Of a stretch of 64,000 bases of DNA, positions 52,240-61,629 are shown piece by piece. The stretch lies in assembly GCA_963674695.2 (NCBI GenBank), contig CAXXGI010000002.1:288001-352000 (forward strand), given 5' to 3'. This DNA is from a bacterium. GTDB lineage: Bacteria > UBA10199 > 2-02-FULL-44-16 > JAAZCA01. Under the pieces are notes generated by a model. That model was not told the origin of the DNA. It searched no databases and saw nothing but the letters and a program-made list of their open reading frames with translations. Position 1 is the first letter of the stretch, and each line of letters opens with the position of its first letter. Position numbers and translations under genes: made by a program.

Positions 52240-53925
52240 ATGTCAAAGATTGCCGTCGTGATCAATGGTGACACCCACAGGAAGAGCGTCGAGAAGCATC
52301 AGAAGAATGCCGATCGGGCGTTGAAGGTCCTCGAGGGAATGGGATACGAGACCTTCGTCGCCAATCCCAAAAAACCGAATGCAGACTTCGATCATTACTA
52401 TCACGCCGATGTGGATGGCGTTGATGACCTGATCGACGACCTGAAGCAGAAGCTCGATGCCGATGATGAACTCTGCATCTATGTGACCGGACATGGGAAC
52501 AAGTCGGGGTTCTGTCTCGGCGACGATTGCCGCACGAGCGATCTCATCGCACGCTTCGATGCGCTGCCGTTTGCCAAGCGCACCGTCGTCATGGATCAGT
52601 GCAAGGGAGGCAATTGGCTGAACCGCTTCGTGGACGATCCGCGCACACTCTTCATCTCCAACGGCAGTTCCGACGAGATCGTCTGCTGCGGCGAGTTCGC
52701 GCCCGTCTTCTGGGGAGAATGGATAACGGACCGGAACCACGACGGGGTCATCAGCTTCGGCGAGCGATACGCTCAGGTCCTGGAGCACGGCGTCAAACAT
52801 TCGTTCCCGCTCAAAAATCTGAGCGCAGGGTATGTCGACGACGGAACGAGACCATTTGAACAGAAGGTCGTCACGGTCGATACGCCAGCAGAAATGGATG
52901 CGCAGCTCGAGCGATTGATGCCCGGACAGCTGGCCATCGTCATGTTTTCGATGAAGGGGTGCCCGCACTGTGATCGTTTGCAACCGAAGTTTGAGAAACT
53001 CGTCAAACAAGCCAAGGGCCAGTACCTGATTCTCTATACGAAGAATATCGAAATGGCGATGGAGCGATACGGCGTCACCGGCTTTCCGCAGGTCTCTGCG
53101 CTGGACCATAAGGGGGGTGCGCTCCAGTTGCGTCAGTACGACGACATGCTCGGGGAGCTCGCGCGGGCGGTCATGCCACGCGAGGAAAGAATCGCTCTCT
53201 TGCGCGCGCGGATCGACAGTGAAGCGGGCAGCGATGTGTATGTTGCGCTCTGCAAGCGCCTGTCACAGGAGCAGTTGGCGACTGAGGCGAAAACGCTTCG
53301 CACGCTCTCGCTTTCCGACCCGAAGATGGAAGAAGGAGGAGAATTTATTTGGAGCGCGTATGTAAAGGTTGTGTCGATGCTCGAAGAACCATGTCGATCG
53401 GCCGAGATGAAGCGTGGAGCGGTGATGCAGAAGAGCTTCGATCCCGTTCATAAGCGTATGGCCGAGAGCTTGAGAGGGGCTATCAACAAACGAAAGCGCG
53501 AGGAGAAGCGGGGGCATCCGAAGCGAGTGACGGGAATGGCGCGGGCGGTCCGAACCTATTTTCGCAAGATCGATACCGTCGATCGATCGCGGTACATCGT
53601 CGATGAGTCCGACATTCCCCTCCAAACGGTCGTCGATGGGGAGACCGTTCTGGTCGATGTTTCGATGAAACTGGAGGTGCTGCGGTTCCTCTGTAAAGAT
53701 TCTGACGCGAACATTCGGCGGTGGGCTGCCCTCGTCTATGGAAACCTGGCACAGAAAACCGATGATAAGAAAGAGCGCCGGAGGGGGCGCATCCTGATGC
53801 GACGCCTGATCAAAGGTGATGATGACGAGGGCGTTCGAGCGAAGGCCAAGCAGGCGCTGAAAAAGATCATGCCGGAAAAGCTGATTGCAGATGCGGTGCC
53901 GGATTCCGCTTCCGTACAGAAATAG
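52240..53925 (+). CDS. Clan-CD (caspase/legumain-like) peptidase domain + thioredoxin domain + HEAT-like repeat
   Basis: YVTGHG and VVMDQC dyad; DRNHDGVIS; GCPHC...GVTGFP; DSDANIRRWAA / DDDEGVRAKAKQAL. Confidence 0.7.
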   Translation: MSKIAVVINGDTHRKSVEKHQKNADRALKVLEGMGYETFVANPKKPNADFDHYYHADVDGVDDLIDDLKQKLDADDELCIYVTGHGNKSGFCLGDDCRTSDLIARFDALPFAKRTVVMDQCKGGNWLNRFVDDPRTLFISNGSSDEIVCCGEFAPVFWGEWITDRNHDGVISFGERYAQVLEHGVKHSFPLKNLSAGYVDDGTRPFEQKVVTVDTPAEMDAQLERLMPGQLAIVMFSMKGCPHCDRLQPKFEKLVKQAKGQYLILYTKNIEMAMERYGVTGFPQVSALDHKGGALQLRQYDDMLGELARAVMPREERIALLRARIDSEAGSDVYVALCKRLSQEQLATEAKTLRTLSLSDPKMEEGGEFIWSAYVKVVSMLEEPCRSAEMKRGAVMQKSFDPVHKRMAESLRGAINKRKREEKRGHPKRVTGMARAVRTYFRKIDTVDRSRYIVDESDIPLQTVVDGETVLVDVSMKLEVLRFLCKDSDANIRRWAALVYGNLAQKTDDKKERRRGRILMRRLIKGDDDEGVRAKAKQALKKIMPEKLIADAVPDSASVQK

Positions 53926-53951
53926 GCGGATGATTCCGGATTGCCCATTGT

Positions 53952-56180
53952 TCAGATGACCTGCCCAACCACGGCGTCGACGGCGAGCCATTCCTGGATC
54001 AGGCGTCCGATGATGCGGTCGCGCGCGCGGGCGGGGGTGACGAAGGCAAACGCCTGCTTCAAGAAATCGTATGCGGCCGGATCGCCCTGCTCGGCCAGAC
54101 GCCGAACGGCCTGGCGCACGGCGGTCGCCGAGATCCCCTCCTGCTGCATCGGCATCGGCATCAATCGCAGTCGATCGGCGTATCGCTTGACCTGCGCGTC
54201 ATAGCGCCCCTCGTCCATCTCCTTCTGTCCCACGATCAGCGCAACCGCACCCTTGCGATTGTCTTTTGCAGCGCGGTTGAGGAACCGCCAGAACGCACTC
54301 GTGTCGATGACGTGCGCGTGCACCCCCTCGGGTAGCCCCTGCTGCAGAATCTCCGTGCGAAGCGCGGGCGAGAAGACGTGCGTATAATCGCCCGCCTGTA
54401 CGTCCTTCTTTCGCGCGGCCACTCCCCACCCCTTCCACGTCTCGGCCGTAAGGTCGGGCGCTTTGTCGGAGGCGAGCACAAAGAGTTCGGAGGGGGACCA
54501 TTCCTGCATCGCCGCACCGATGAGTGCGATGTGTCCGGCGTGCGGCGGCTGCATCTTTCCGATGAAGAAGGCCGCGCCCGCCCGCCAGCGATCGAGCGGC
54601 GGTGGTAATTTTGTTGCCGGTGCGAATTTCTTCGGTGCCTGTTTCGTGCTCGTTGCGCGACGCACGCGTTTCTCCTGCGTGCGCATCTGCTCGCCTGCGA
54701 AGTTGTGCATCGTGAACTCGAGCCGGTCGACGAGCTTGACCTTTACGCCGCTGGTTTCATCGGTGACCATGATCCCCTCGATGGGACCGCCGCCAAGCTT
54801 TGAGGTATAGGCCCCCCGCATGTGGGGCTTGAGCTGAAAGAGGATGCGGTTCGCGTCATAATAGGCCGCGAGTGCAGCGCGTAGATCGTCGCCGCTGTCC
54901 GCAACGAGCGCGTCGAAGTCTGCCGGCATCCGTCGCGGCGCCATCCATCGCTTGGCGCCCGATGGCGAGATGCGCAGCGTGTTTGCGCGCTCGGTAATCC
55001 ACGTGCGAAATACGGCGCAGATCCGATCGAAGTCGAACGGTTCATTCGCGGCGGCTGCCTGATAGAGCCCGCCGTTGTGCCCGGCCTTGAGGCTCGTGTT
55101 GAGAAAGATGCGGAAGGTCGGCAGGAAGCTTGCCCACTGTTTGCGGAAATCGGCGCTCATCCCCGCGAGCCCCGCGCGCATTCCCGACAGGGCTGCGCGG
55201 ATCTCCGTCTCCTGTGCATCGGTGAATCGGTTTTTTCCTCGATCGATTCTCACATCCCGCGTCCACGGATCGACGGCGAAGACGCCGTCGGAGCGCAGCG
55301 TTCGGACGAATGCCTCCACCGCATCCGCGTCGTCGAGCGGTTCGACGCGTGCAACCGTTCCCGTCTCCTCATCGATCACGCGGCGGCCGACAGTGTGTAC
55401 GACCAACCCCAGCTGCACGTTCGAAACGAAGGGATGCAGCTTTGAGTGCTTCGTGATGCGATAGGCAAGACCGGATGGATTGGCGCGAATGATCACCGCA
55501 TCGTTTTCAACAGTGCGTGCACCATTGTTGGGTGTGAAGAGTAGGTCGGCCTGAAAGACGAGCGACGGGTCGGAAAACGCCTTCAGGCGCGGGCGCAGGA
55601 CGCGAATGCAATCGGCCAGGATCGCCGCGATCGGTGAGTTCCCATAAAGCTGTGCGGCTTCCGCGACGGTGCGCACGAGCTTGGGCGCGCCCTTGCGTTC
55701 GATGCCGAGCTTGTAGGCGACATAGGGGCGGTTGTCCGCGTCGAATCCCAGGACGATGGCGGGCGAACCGTCGATCTTTTCGTTGAGTTCTGAGATGGAT
55801 CCCGCCCGGATCCAGCCGATGAATTGGTCGATGAAGCGCTCATACAGGTCGAGGCCGGGAAACGCGTCCTCCGCGGCCCCCGGAGCGACATCGAGGACGA
55901 GGTCGGCCAGGTGTTCGCCGTGTTTGAGGATGCCGGTACGCAAACCTGCGAGCTTCGGCCCCGAGCCGCTGCCATCGCCATCGTTTCCGCCGCCGCTTCC
56001 ATTCGGGGGGGGGATGGACGCCGGCGGTGATGAAGGGGTGTCGCTCCCAACCATCGCGAAGGTGTCGATCGGTTCGAGTGATGCGTCCTCGAACAATGTC
56101 GAATCGACAAACGGATCCAAAGCGGCCGTCATAAACGGCGTTCCCACATTCCCGATGATGGTGGATCCCGCAGCGGACAT
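53952..56180 (-). CDS. Fusion of phage-type ligase-like nucleotidyltransferase (DUF6267-like) and HxGH cytidylyltransferase-like domains
   Basis: KHGEHLAD, EKIDGSPAIVLG, FQADLLFT, GLVVHT, EGIMV...VKLVDRLEF; GKMQPPHAGH and GISATAVR. Confidence 0.7.
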   Translation of the reverse strand: MSAAGSTIIGNVGTPFMTAALDPFVDSTLFEDASLEPIDTFAMVGSDTPSSPPASIPPPNGSGGGNDGDGSGSGPKLAGLRTGILKHGEHLADLVLDVAPGAAEDAFPGLDLYERFIDQFIGWIRAGSISELNEKIDGSPAIVLGFDADNRPYVAYKLGIERKGAPKLVRTVAEAAQLYGNSPIAAILADCIRVLRPRLKAFSDPSLVFQADLLFTPNNGARTVENDAVIIRANPSGLAYRITKHSKLHPFVSNVQLGLVVHTVGRRVIDEETGTVARVEPLDDADAVEAFVRTLRSDGVFAVDPWTRDVRIDRGKNRFTDAQETEIRAALSGMRAGLAGMSADFRKQWASFLPTFRIFLNTSLKAGHNGGLYQAAAANEPFDFDRICAVFRTWITERANTLRISPSGAKRWMAPRRMPADFDALVADSGDDLRAALAAYYDANRILFQLKPHMRGAYTSKLGGGPIEGIMVTDETSGVKVKLVDRLEFTMHNFAGEQMRTQEKRVRRATSTKQAPKKFAPATKLPPPLDRWRAGAAFFIGKMQPPHAGHIALIGAAMQEWSPSELFVLASDKAPDLTAETWKGWGVAARKKDVQAGDYTHVFSPALRTEILQQGLPEGVHAHVIDTSAFWRFLNRAAKDNRKGAVALIVGQKEMDEGRYDAQVKRYADRLRLMPMPMQQEGISATAVRQAVRRLAEQGDPAAYDFLKQAFAFVTPARARDRIIGRLIQEWLAVDAVVGQVI

Positions 56181-56196
56181 CGATGATACCTCGTGT

Positions 56197-57018
56197 TTAT
56201 CTCAAACGATAGACCGAATGGTTGTCGGGCGTGATGCCCAGGTGCGACCAGAAACGATGGCCATAATCGAAGCGCAATTCTTCGCCGGCTTCGATCGCTC
56301 GTCGGGCGAAGAAGAGGGTGTGAAATCCTCCCTCGCAGAAGACGTGGGCGAATTGCATGTTTGCCGCGAAAAGAGTGCTGGAGTCAATGCGCACGGAATC
56401 ATCGATGTGATTGGCAAAGCGCATCGCGCTTCCGGCGCGTTCGCCATCGATGGCGAAAGGGCTGTGGGAAACGCGGGGAGCATTTTTGAGCAGGGCGTTC
56501 CACGGGTGGAGCTCCATCGCGTAGACGTTCCGACCGGAGAGCATCGTCTGACTCACGATATAGCCGGTATATTCGCCGATCCAATCGCCCTGCTCGAATG
56601 GCTGCAGGGCGAAGAGGCCGAATCCCTGTTCCAATCCGATGCGGGCGATTCCCAAATTCGGCGATGTGTGATTCTCGGATGCCGGCAGGCGTTCCCAGTT
56701 GGCACGAACGAAGAGATCTTTTTCTGATCCCGGCGGGAGATTGTGGTGACGTGATGCGTGTTGGTGAACAGTGCGATAAGCCTGTGCCTCCCGGGCAAGC
56801 GCTGCTTTGATCGTGCGATTCTTCGGTTTTGATTTTGGCAGATAGTGGAGATCCTGGCTTCGGTAAAAAGCGGCCATGCCATCGGGATCTGCTGTCGTGG
56901 CGACGATGGGTGAATATTCATCGATGGCGTCGAATGTCGGCGACGAATCCGCCGTTTGGACGAACGTATCCGCAGCGAGAGGGGTGAGTGCAACGATATG
57001 TGCCGGTGGCAAGATCAT
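56197..57018 (-). CDS. SET-domain protein lysine methyltransferase
   Basis: GFGLFA, IGEYTG, RFANH, GEELRFDYG..FW. Confidence 0.9.
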   Translation of the reverse strand: MILPPAHIVALTPLAADTFVQTADSSPTFDAIDEYSPIVATTADPDGMAAFYRSQDLHYLPKSKPKNRTIKAALAREAQAYRTVHQHASRHHNLPPGSEKDLFVRANWERLPASENHTSPNLGIARIGLEQGFGLFALQPFEQGDWIGEYTGYIVSQTMLSGRNVYAMELHPWNALLKNAPRVSHSPFAIDGERAGSAMRFANHIDDSVRIDSSTLFAANMQFAHVFCEGGFHTLFFARRAIEAGEELRFDYGHRFWSHLGITPDNHSVYRLR

Positions 57019-57036
57019 GAGTCCTCGTTTGCATCC

Positions 57037-57063
57037 TTATCGGTGAATGCCCTCAAAAGTTTC
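57037..57063 (-). promoter_or_regulatory. Sigma28-like promoter of the SET gene
   Basis: GAAAC-N14-ACCGATAA. Confidence 0.55.
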
Positions 57064-57258
57064 GAGGTTTTTGCCATGAAGAATCATGGTTTCCCCATAT
57101 GGTTTTTTCGGTGTCTTTTCTAGATAGATGAGGGGAGAGGTGCCTCTCGTGGGGTGCCCCGATGCGGGTATTCGGCCGGAGAGAATTAAATTCTTGAATC
57201 ATTCCCGCTCGTTGGGTATGTCTCTCCCCTCTTTCCATACTTCTCAAGGGGGCGAATC

Positions 57259-58998
57259 GTGACCACTGAAACGGATGCCAAGGGACGGATCATTCGCCGG
57301 GGGCCCTACCCCGAACTCACTCTGCCGGGGATGCTCGTCGGCTATTTCCTCGGAGCGCTGCTCACCGTGGCGGTCGGATACGCCAGCCTCGTCCTGGGAT
57401 ACGGCACCTGCGGGTCGATTTTGGCCGCGATCCTGGGGTTTGGGATCCTGCGCGGAATCTTTCGGCGCTCGAGCATCGTCGAGAACAACATCAACCAGAC
57501 GGTCGCCAGCGGCGTGAACAATGCCTCCACGGGGTTCGTTTTCACCTTCCCGGCGATCTTCCTGCTCAACCAACCCGAGATCAACCCGTGGCTTGTGATC
57601 CTGGCGGCGATTTCCGGCGGCATCCTGGGCATTGCCTTCATCATTCCGCTGCGCAAGCAGATGATCGATTTTAACCGTCTCCCCTTTCCGGATGGGATTG
57701 CGGTGGCCACGATCCTCAAATCGCCGGGCGCGGGCGTGCGCAAGGCGATCCTCATGACTGCGGGCGCGGTCATCAGTGCGATCGCCGCGCTGCTCACCCA
57801 CTTCACCGGGTTTGAGAACTTCGCCCTGGGCGAGGCGATCGGTGCGCCCGCTTACATGAACATCGTCTACTACATCTCGATCATGACCATCGGCGTGGCC
57901 TACATCGCCGGAAAGGGCGGGCTCTTCTTCGTCGTCGGTGGCTATCTCTGCTATTGGATCCTCGCGCCGATCCTCTCGAATATGGGCGTGCTGCCCACGC
58001 CGGAGGCGCTCGCCGCGATGGATGTGGATCTGTTGCAGTATCTGCGCTTCTCGCTCTTCCGTCCGCTGGGCATCGGCATGCTCATCGGGGGTGCGCTCAT
58101 CGGAATTGTGCTGGCCGTGCCGCTGATTCGCAGCGCCATCGGCAGCATGCAGTCGGCATCGAAATTGAAAAAAGCATTCTCGCGCGATGAGATGCCGATC
58201 AAGGTCCTCTATTTCGCCATCGCGGCCGGCTGTGTGGTCCTCTTCGTCGTGGCCTGGATGTCGACCACGCAGATGGGCGTCGGTCGCGGCATCGCCATCG
58301 CGGTGCTCGGCATCCTCTGGCTCTGGATGGCCGGGGTGATCATCTCCGAATGCGTCGGGTATACGAACTGGTCGCCGATGAGCGGCATGACGCTCGTGGC
58401 GGTGACGATTCTCATTCTCATCTCCTCGGGGCTGGGCGATACCGCAGCGATCGCTGCATCGATCGTGGTGGGGGTGGCCATCTGCATCGCCATGGGAATT
58501 GCCTCCGATATGATGCAGGACTTGAAGACCGGATATCTGGTCGGCTCATCCCCGTTCAAACAGCAGACCGCGCAGTTTCTCTCCGTCTGGCTCGGGCCCA
58601 TCATTATACTCTTCGTCATCATCGTCCTGAACGAGGCGTACGGCATCGGCTCCGACAAACTCCCGGCGCCGCAGGCAAGCGCCTTGGCGGGCATGATCAA
58701 GGGCGTGCTCGGCGGGAACGTCCCTGTGCAGAAGTATATCGCGGGCGCCACGCTCGGCGGTCTGCTCTCGCTCACGGGGCTGAGCTCGCTCGGTGTGCTC
58801 GTGGGCCTGGGGTTCTACATGCCCTTCAATATCGTGCTGACCTATACGGTCGGCGTCGTGTTGCGCCTCGTCATCGATAAGGTGCGCGGCCCGCACTTCA
58901 GCGCTGAGGTCGGCATCCCGATCGCAGCCGGGCTCATCATCGGCGAGGCGCTCATCGGTGTGGGCATAGCGCTCGTCGCCGTCGTCGGTGCGGCGTAG
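57259..58998 (+). CDS. OPT family oligopeptide transporter
   Basis: PELTL, ENNINQTVAS, LPFPDGIAVA, DMMQDLKTGY, LPAPQA, AAGLIIGEAL. Confidence 0.92.
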   Translation: MTTETDAKGRIIRRGPYPELTLPGMLVGYFLGALLTVAVGYASLVLGYGTCGSILAAILGFGILRGIFRRSSIVENNINQTVASGVNNASTGFVFTFPAIFLLNQPEINPWLVILAAISGGILGIAFIIPLRKQMIDFNRLPFPDGIAVATILKSPGAGVRKAILMTAGAVISAIAALLTHFTGFENFALGEAIGAPAYMNIVYYISIMTIGVAYIAGKGGLFFVVGGYLCYWILAPILSNMGVLPTPEALAAMDVDLLQYLRFSLFRPLGIGMLIGGALIGIVLAVPLIRSAIGSMQSASKLKKAFSRDEMPIKVLYFAIAAGCVVLFVVAWMSTTQMGVGRGIAIAVLGILWLWMAGVIISECVGYTNWSPMSGMTLVAVTILILISSGLGDTAAIAASIVVGVAICIAMGIASDMMQDLKTGYLVGSSPFKQQTAQFLSVWLGPIIILFVIIVLNEAYGIGSDKLPAPQASALAGMIKGVLGGNVPVQKYIAGATLGGLLSLTGLSSLGVLVGLGFYMPFNIVLTYTVGVVLRLVIDKVRGPHFSAEVGIPIAAGLIIGEALIGVGIALVAVVGAA

Positions 58999-59014
58999 CG
59001 TTGTTGTTTAACGG

Positions 59015-59089
59015 GTGCCTCCCGGGGAAGATGAAGACCTTTTTTCCGGTGAGGCTGTAAAAAAGGTCTTCATCTTCCCCTCGCGGCAC
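59015..59089. repeat. Palindromic repeat homologous, in inverted orientation, to 921-997
   Basis: GGGGAAGATGAAGACCTTTTTT...AAAAAAGGTCTTCATCTTCCCC. Confidence 0.8.
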
Positions 59090-59133
59090 GCGGGAGAGAA
59101 GAAGATGGCGCAGTCACGCGAAAGGATACGGTC

Positions 59134-59661
59134 ATGAAGATTCTGGGATACGTTCTCTTGGTCGGCGGGCTCATCGGGGCGAGTGTCGTGGCCTCGTTGC
59201 AAGCCGAGGTCGTCAATTGGCTCTGGTTCCTTCCCGTTCTCGCCGTGGGTGTGATCGGCATGATCTTCATGCGGCGCGCTTCGCATCACGAGAAGCGCGG
59301 CGATGCGAAGGTCAGCGGCGACATCGAGGCGATCAAGACGAGCCTCGCCAATATCGTCGAAAAGATGAAGCGCCTGGATGCCGAGAAGGAGGCGATCGGC
59401 GTGTACGATATTCATCCGCGCATCGATGCGGATCTGCGCGACGATATCGACAACTTTATCGACGCGCGCGAGAGTATCAGCCACGTCTACGGCCTGCAGC
59501 ACTATGCCGACATCATGAGTCACTTCGCCGCCGGCGAGCGCTATCTCAACCGCTCCTGGTCCTCCTCTGCCGACGGCTACATCGACGAGTGTTACACCTA
59601 CGTTACCCGCGCCGCCAATCAGTTCGCCGAAACCCGCGAAGCATTTGCGAAGCTGGGGTAA
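59134..59661 (+). CDS. Hypothetical membrane protein
   Basis: Two N-terminal TM helices followed by a helical domain. Confidence 0.75.
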   Translation: MKILGYVLLVGGLIGASVVASLQAEVVNWLWFLPVLAVGVIGMIFMRRASHHEKRGDAKVSGDIEAIKTSLANIVEKMKRLDAEKEAIGVYDIHPRIDADLRDDIDNFIDARESISHVYGLQHYADIMSHFAAGERYLNRSWSSSADGYIDECYTYVTRAANQFAETREAFAKLG

Positions 59662-59687
59662 GGATAGAATTGCCATCCCTCATCGAT

Positions 59688-59783
59688 TGTCATCCCCGTG
59701 AAAACGGGGATCTCGGTGTTTCGTGACAATCGAGATTCCCCCGCCACACAACCGGCGGGCAGGCTGCGTTCGCGGGAATGACA
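59688..59783. repeat. REP-like copy 5 (reverse orientation of copy 2, with an extra inserted hairpin)
   Basis: Reverse complement aligns with 21530-21600 plus a CCTGCCCGCC...GGCGGG insertion. Confidence 0.85.
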
Positions 59784-59792
59784 CTCTCTTTG

Positions 59793-61205
59793 TTAGCGTC
59801 GACTCCAACTCGGTTTCTGCAGTTTCATGATGATGAACGGCGGGAGGCACATGACGATCATACCCGTCAGGAGCAAGGCCACATAGAGGACGTGGTTTCC
59901 CGTGTCGATCTGTGACGGTGGAAGGAACCCCACCACGAAGGTGAAGAGCGCCCCCACGATACCAATTCCCGCCACCACCCACATGCCGATGTTTTTTATC
60001 GGAATGCGATAGGCGCGCTCGACGTTTGGCTTCGAATACCGCAGGCGAATCGCTGCAGCGAAGACAATGATATACATGAGCAGATAGAGCATGACGCTGA
60101 AGGCCGAGAGGATCCAGTAGGAACTGCTCACCGTCGGCATGAGGAGAAAGACGAGCGTGATGATGCTGACGATAATGCCCTGAACGAGCAGGATGGTCGT
60201 CGGGACGTCGCGCGCGTTCACCTTCTGCAGGAAGGGCGGCAGGTGCCCCTCCTCGGCGGTGGTCATCAGGCCCTTGGCCGGGCCGATGATCCAGGCGGCC
60301 ATCTCGCCGATCGATCCGGCCGTGATGAGCAGGGCCATGATCGGAACGAGCGCGTGCAGCCCGTGCGAGTGAAAGAACGCGGCGAAGGTCTCCATCACGC
60401 CGGCCACGAGGCTGAGTTCCTTTTGCGGCACGACGATGGCGATAGAGAGCGATCCCAGGATGAAGACGACGAGCGAGACGCATGTTGCAAGCAAAATGGC
60501 GCGCGGATAGGTGCGCTTCGGGTTGACCACCTCCTGCGAGTGCGCGGCCGAGACCTCCATGCCCGAGAAGATGAGGACCGCGCCTGCCAGGAAGACGATG
60601 TTGTGGATGTCGCCCATGTCGGGGAAGAGAGCGGCAGACGACAGGTCGATGGCGATGGGCTGGCCAGAACTAACCCAGAGTGCGCCCATCGCGATGATGA
60701 TGATGCCCGGTACGATGGTCCCCGCGATGACGCAGATGGTGCTGAGCGTTCCTGATGCCTTCATGCCGCGGAAGTTGATGAGCGTGCCGCCCCAGAAGAC
60801 GACGAGGATCACGCTGATGACATAGAGCCGGTTGTGGACGAGCTCGGGGTTGTAGAGATAGGCGAGCGTTGCCGCGATGAAGGACAGGACCGTCGGAAAC
60901 CAGACGACGTTCTGCACCCACTGCAGCCAGATGGCCAAAAAACCCCAGCGCGGACCGAAGGCCTGGCTCACCCAAATGTAGACGCCGCCCGGTCCATGGG
61001 GGGGCCAACCGGTAGCCAGTTCCGCCGAGACGAGCGAAACCGGGATGAGAAAGATGATGGCGACGAGCACCAGATAGAAGATGAGCGCGAGCCCCTCTTC
61101 GGCCATGATCGGCAGCCCCCGCAGCGAACAGACGATGGCGAGGTTGAGCATGGCGAGCATCGTTACGCCGAGCGTCGGGCGGGGGGTGGACAGAGATGCC
61201 ATCAC
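59793..61205 (-). CDS. APC family amino acid permease/antiporter (GadC-like)
   Basis: SLRGLP, LVSAELATGWP..GGVYIWV, FSGMEVSAAH, YPRAI. Confidence 0.9.
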   Translation of the reverse strand: MMASLSTPRPTLGVTMLAMLNLAIVCSLRGLPIMAEEGLALIFYLVLVAIIFLIPVSLVSAELATGWPPHGPGGVYIWVSQAFGPRWGFLAIWLQWVQNVVWFPTVLSFIAATLAYLYNPELVHNRLYVISVILVVFWGGTLINFRGMKASGTLSTICVIAGTIVPGIIIIAMGALWVSSGQPIAIDLSSAALFPDMGDIHNIVFLAGAVLIFSGMEVSAAHSQEVVNPKRTYPRAILLATCVSLVVFILGSLSIAIVVPQKELSLVAGVMETFAAFFHSHGLHALVPIMALLITAGSIGEMAAWIIGPAKGLMTTAEEGHLPPFLQKVNARDVPTTILLVQGIIVSIITLVFLLMPTVSSSYWILSAFSVMLYLLMYIIVFAAAIRLRYSKPNVERAYRIPIKNIGMWVVAGIGIVGALFTFVVGFLPPSQIDTGNHVLYVALLLTGMIVMCLPPFIIMKLQKPSWSRR

Positions 61206-61336
61206 GGGCTCCTTTCGCAGGGTGTCGCGATTCTACCCGATCGCCGCAGTCGCGTCACGTCCTGCGTGTTCCTCGGCGGGATTGCACAGTTGTCATTCGG
61301 CGCTGATCTCGGTAGAAAGAGTGCAGGAGGTGGGAT

Positions 61337-61618
61337 ATGCATCGAATGCTCATGATCGTTGGGTTGGTGTCGGCCGTCGCGTTCTGTGCCTGCGGGAGCA
61401 CGAGCAGTGTGGATAGCTCCTGCGATTGCGCCATCTGCGTGAACGAAACCCCCGTCTATCCGAGCGACTCCGAGGCCAGCTGCACGCAGTATGCCGCCGA
61501 TCAGCTCTGCCAGCATTCGAGTTTTTATTATGAAGGCGCCGAGAGTTGCGGCGGTTCCGATCAGCCGCATTGCAACGTCTTCGGCTGTACGCACGGGTGC
61601 GCATGTCCTGATGTGTGA
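61337..61618 (+). CDS. Small Cys-rich lipoprotein
   Basis: AGGAGG RBS; signal with FCAC lipobox-like site; 12 Cys in 93 aa. Confidence 0.7.
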   Translation: MHRMLMIVGLVSAVAFCACGSTSSVDSSCDCAICVNETPVYPSDSEASCTQYAADQLCQHSSFYYEGAESCGGSDQPHCNVFGCTHGCACPDV

Positions 61619-61629
61619 GAAAATGATCT

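Noticed and set aside
53952-57018. Prophage remnant
   Set aside because: Only one phage-like gene, host-like composition, and no structural or integration genes.
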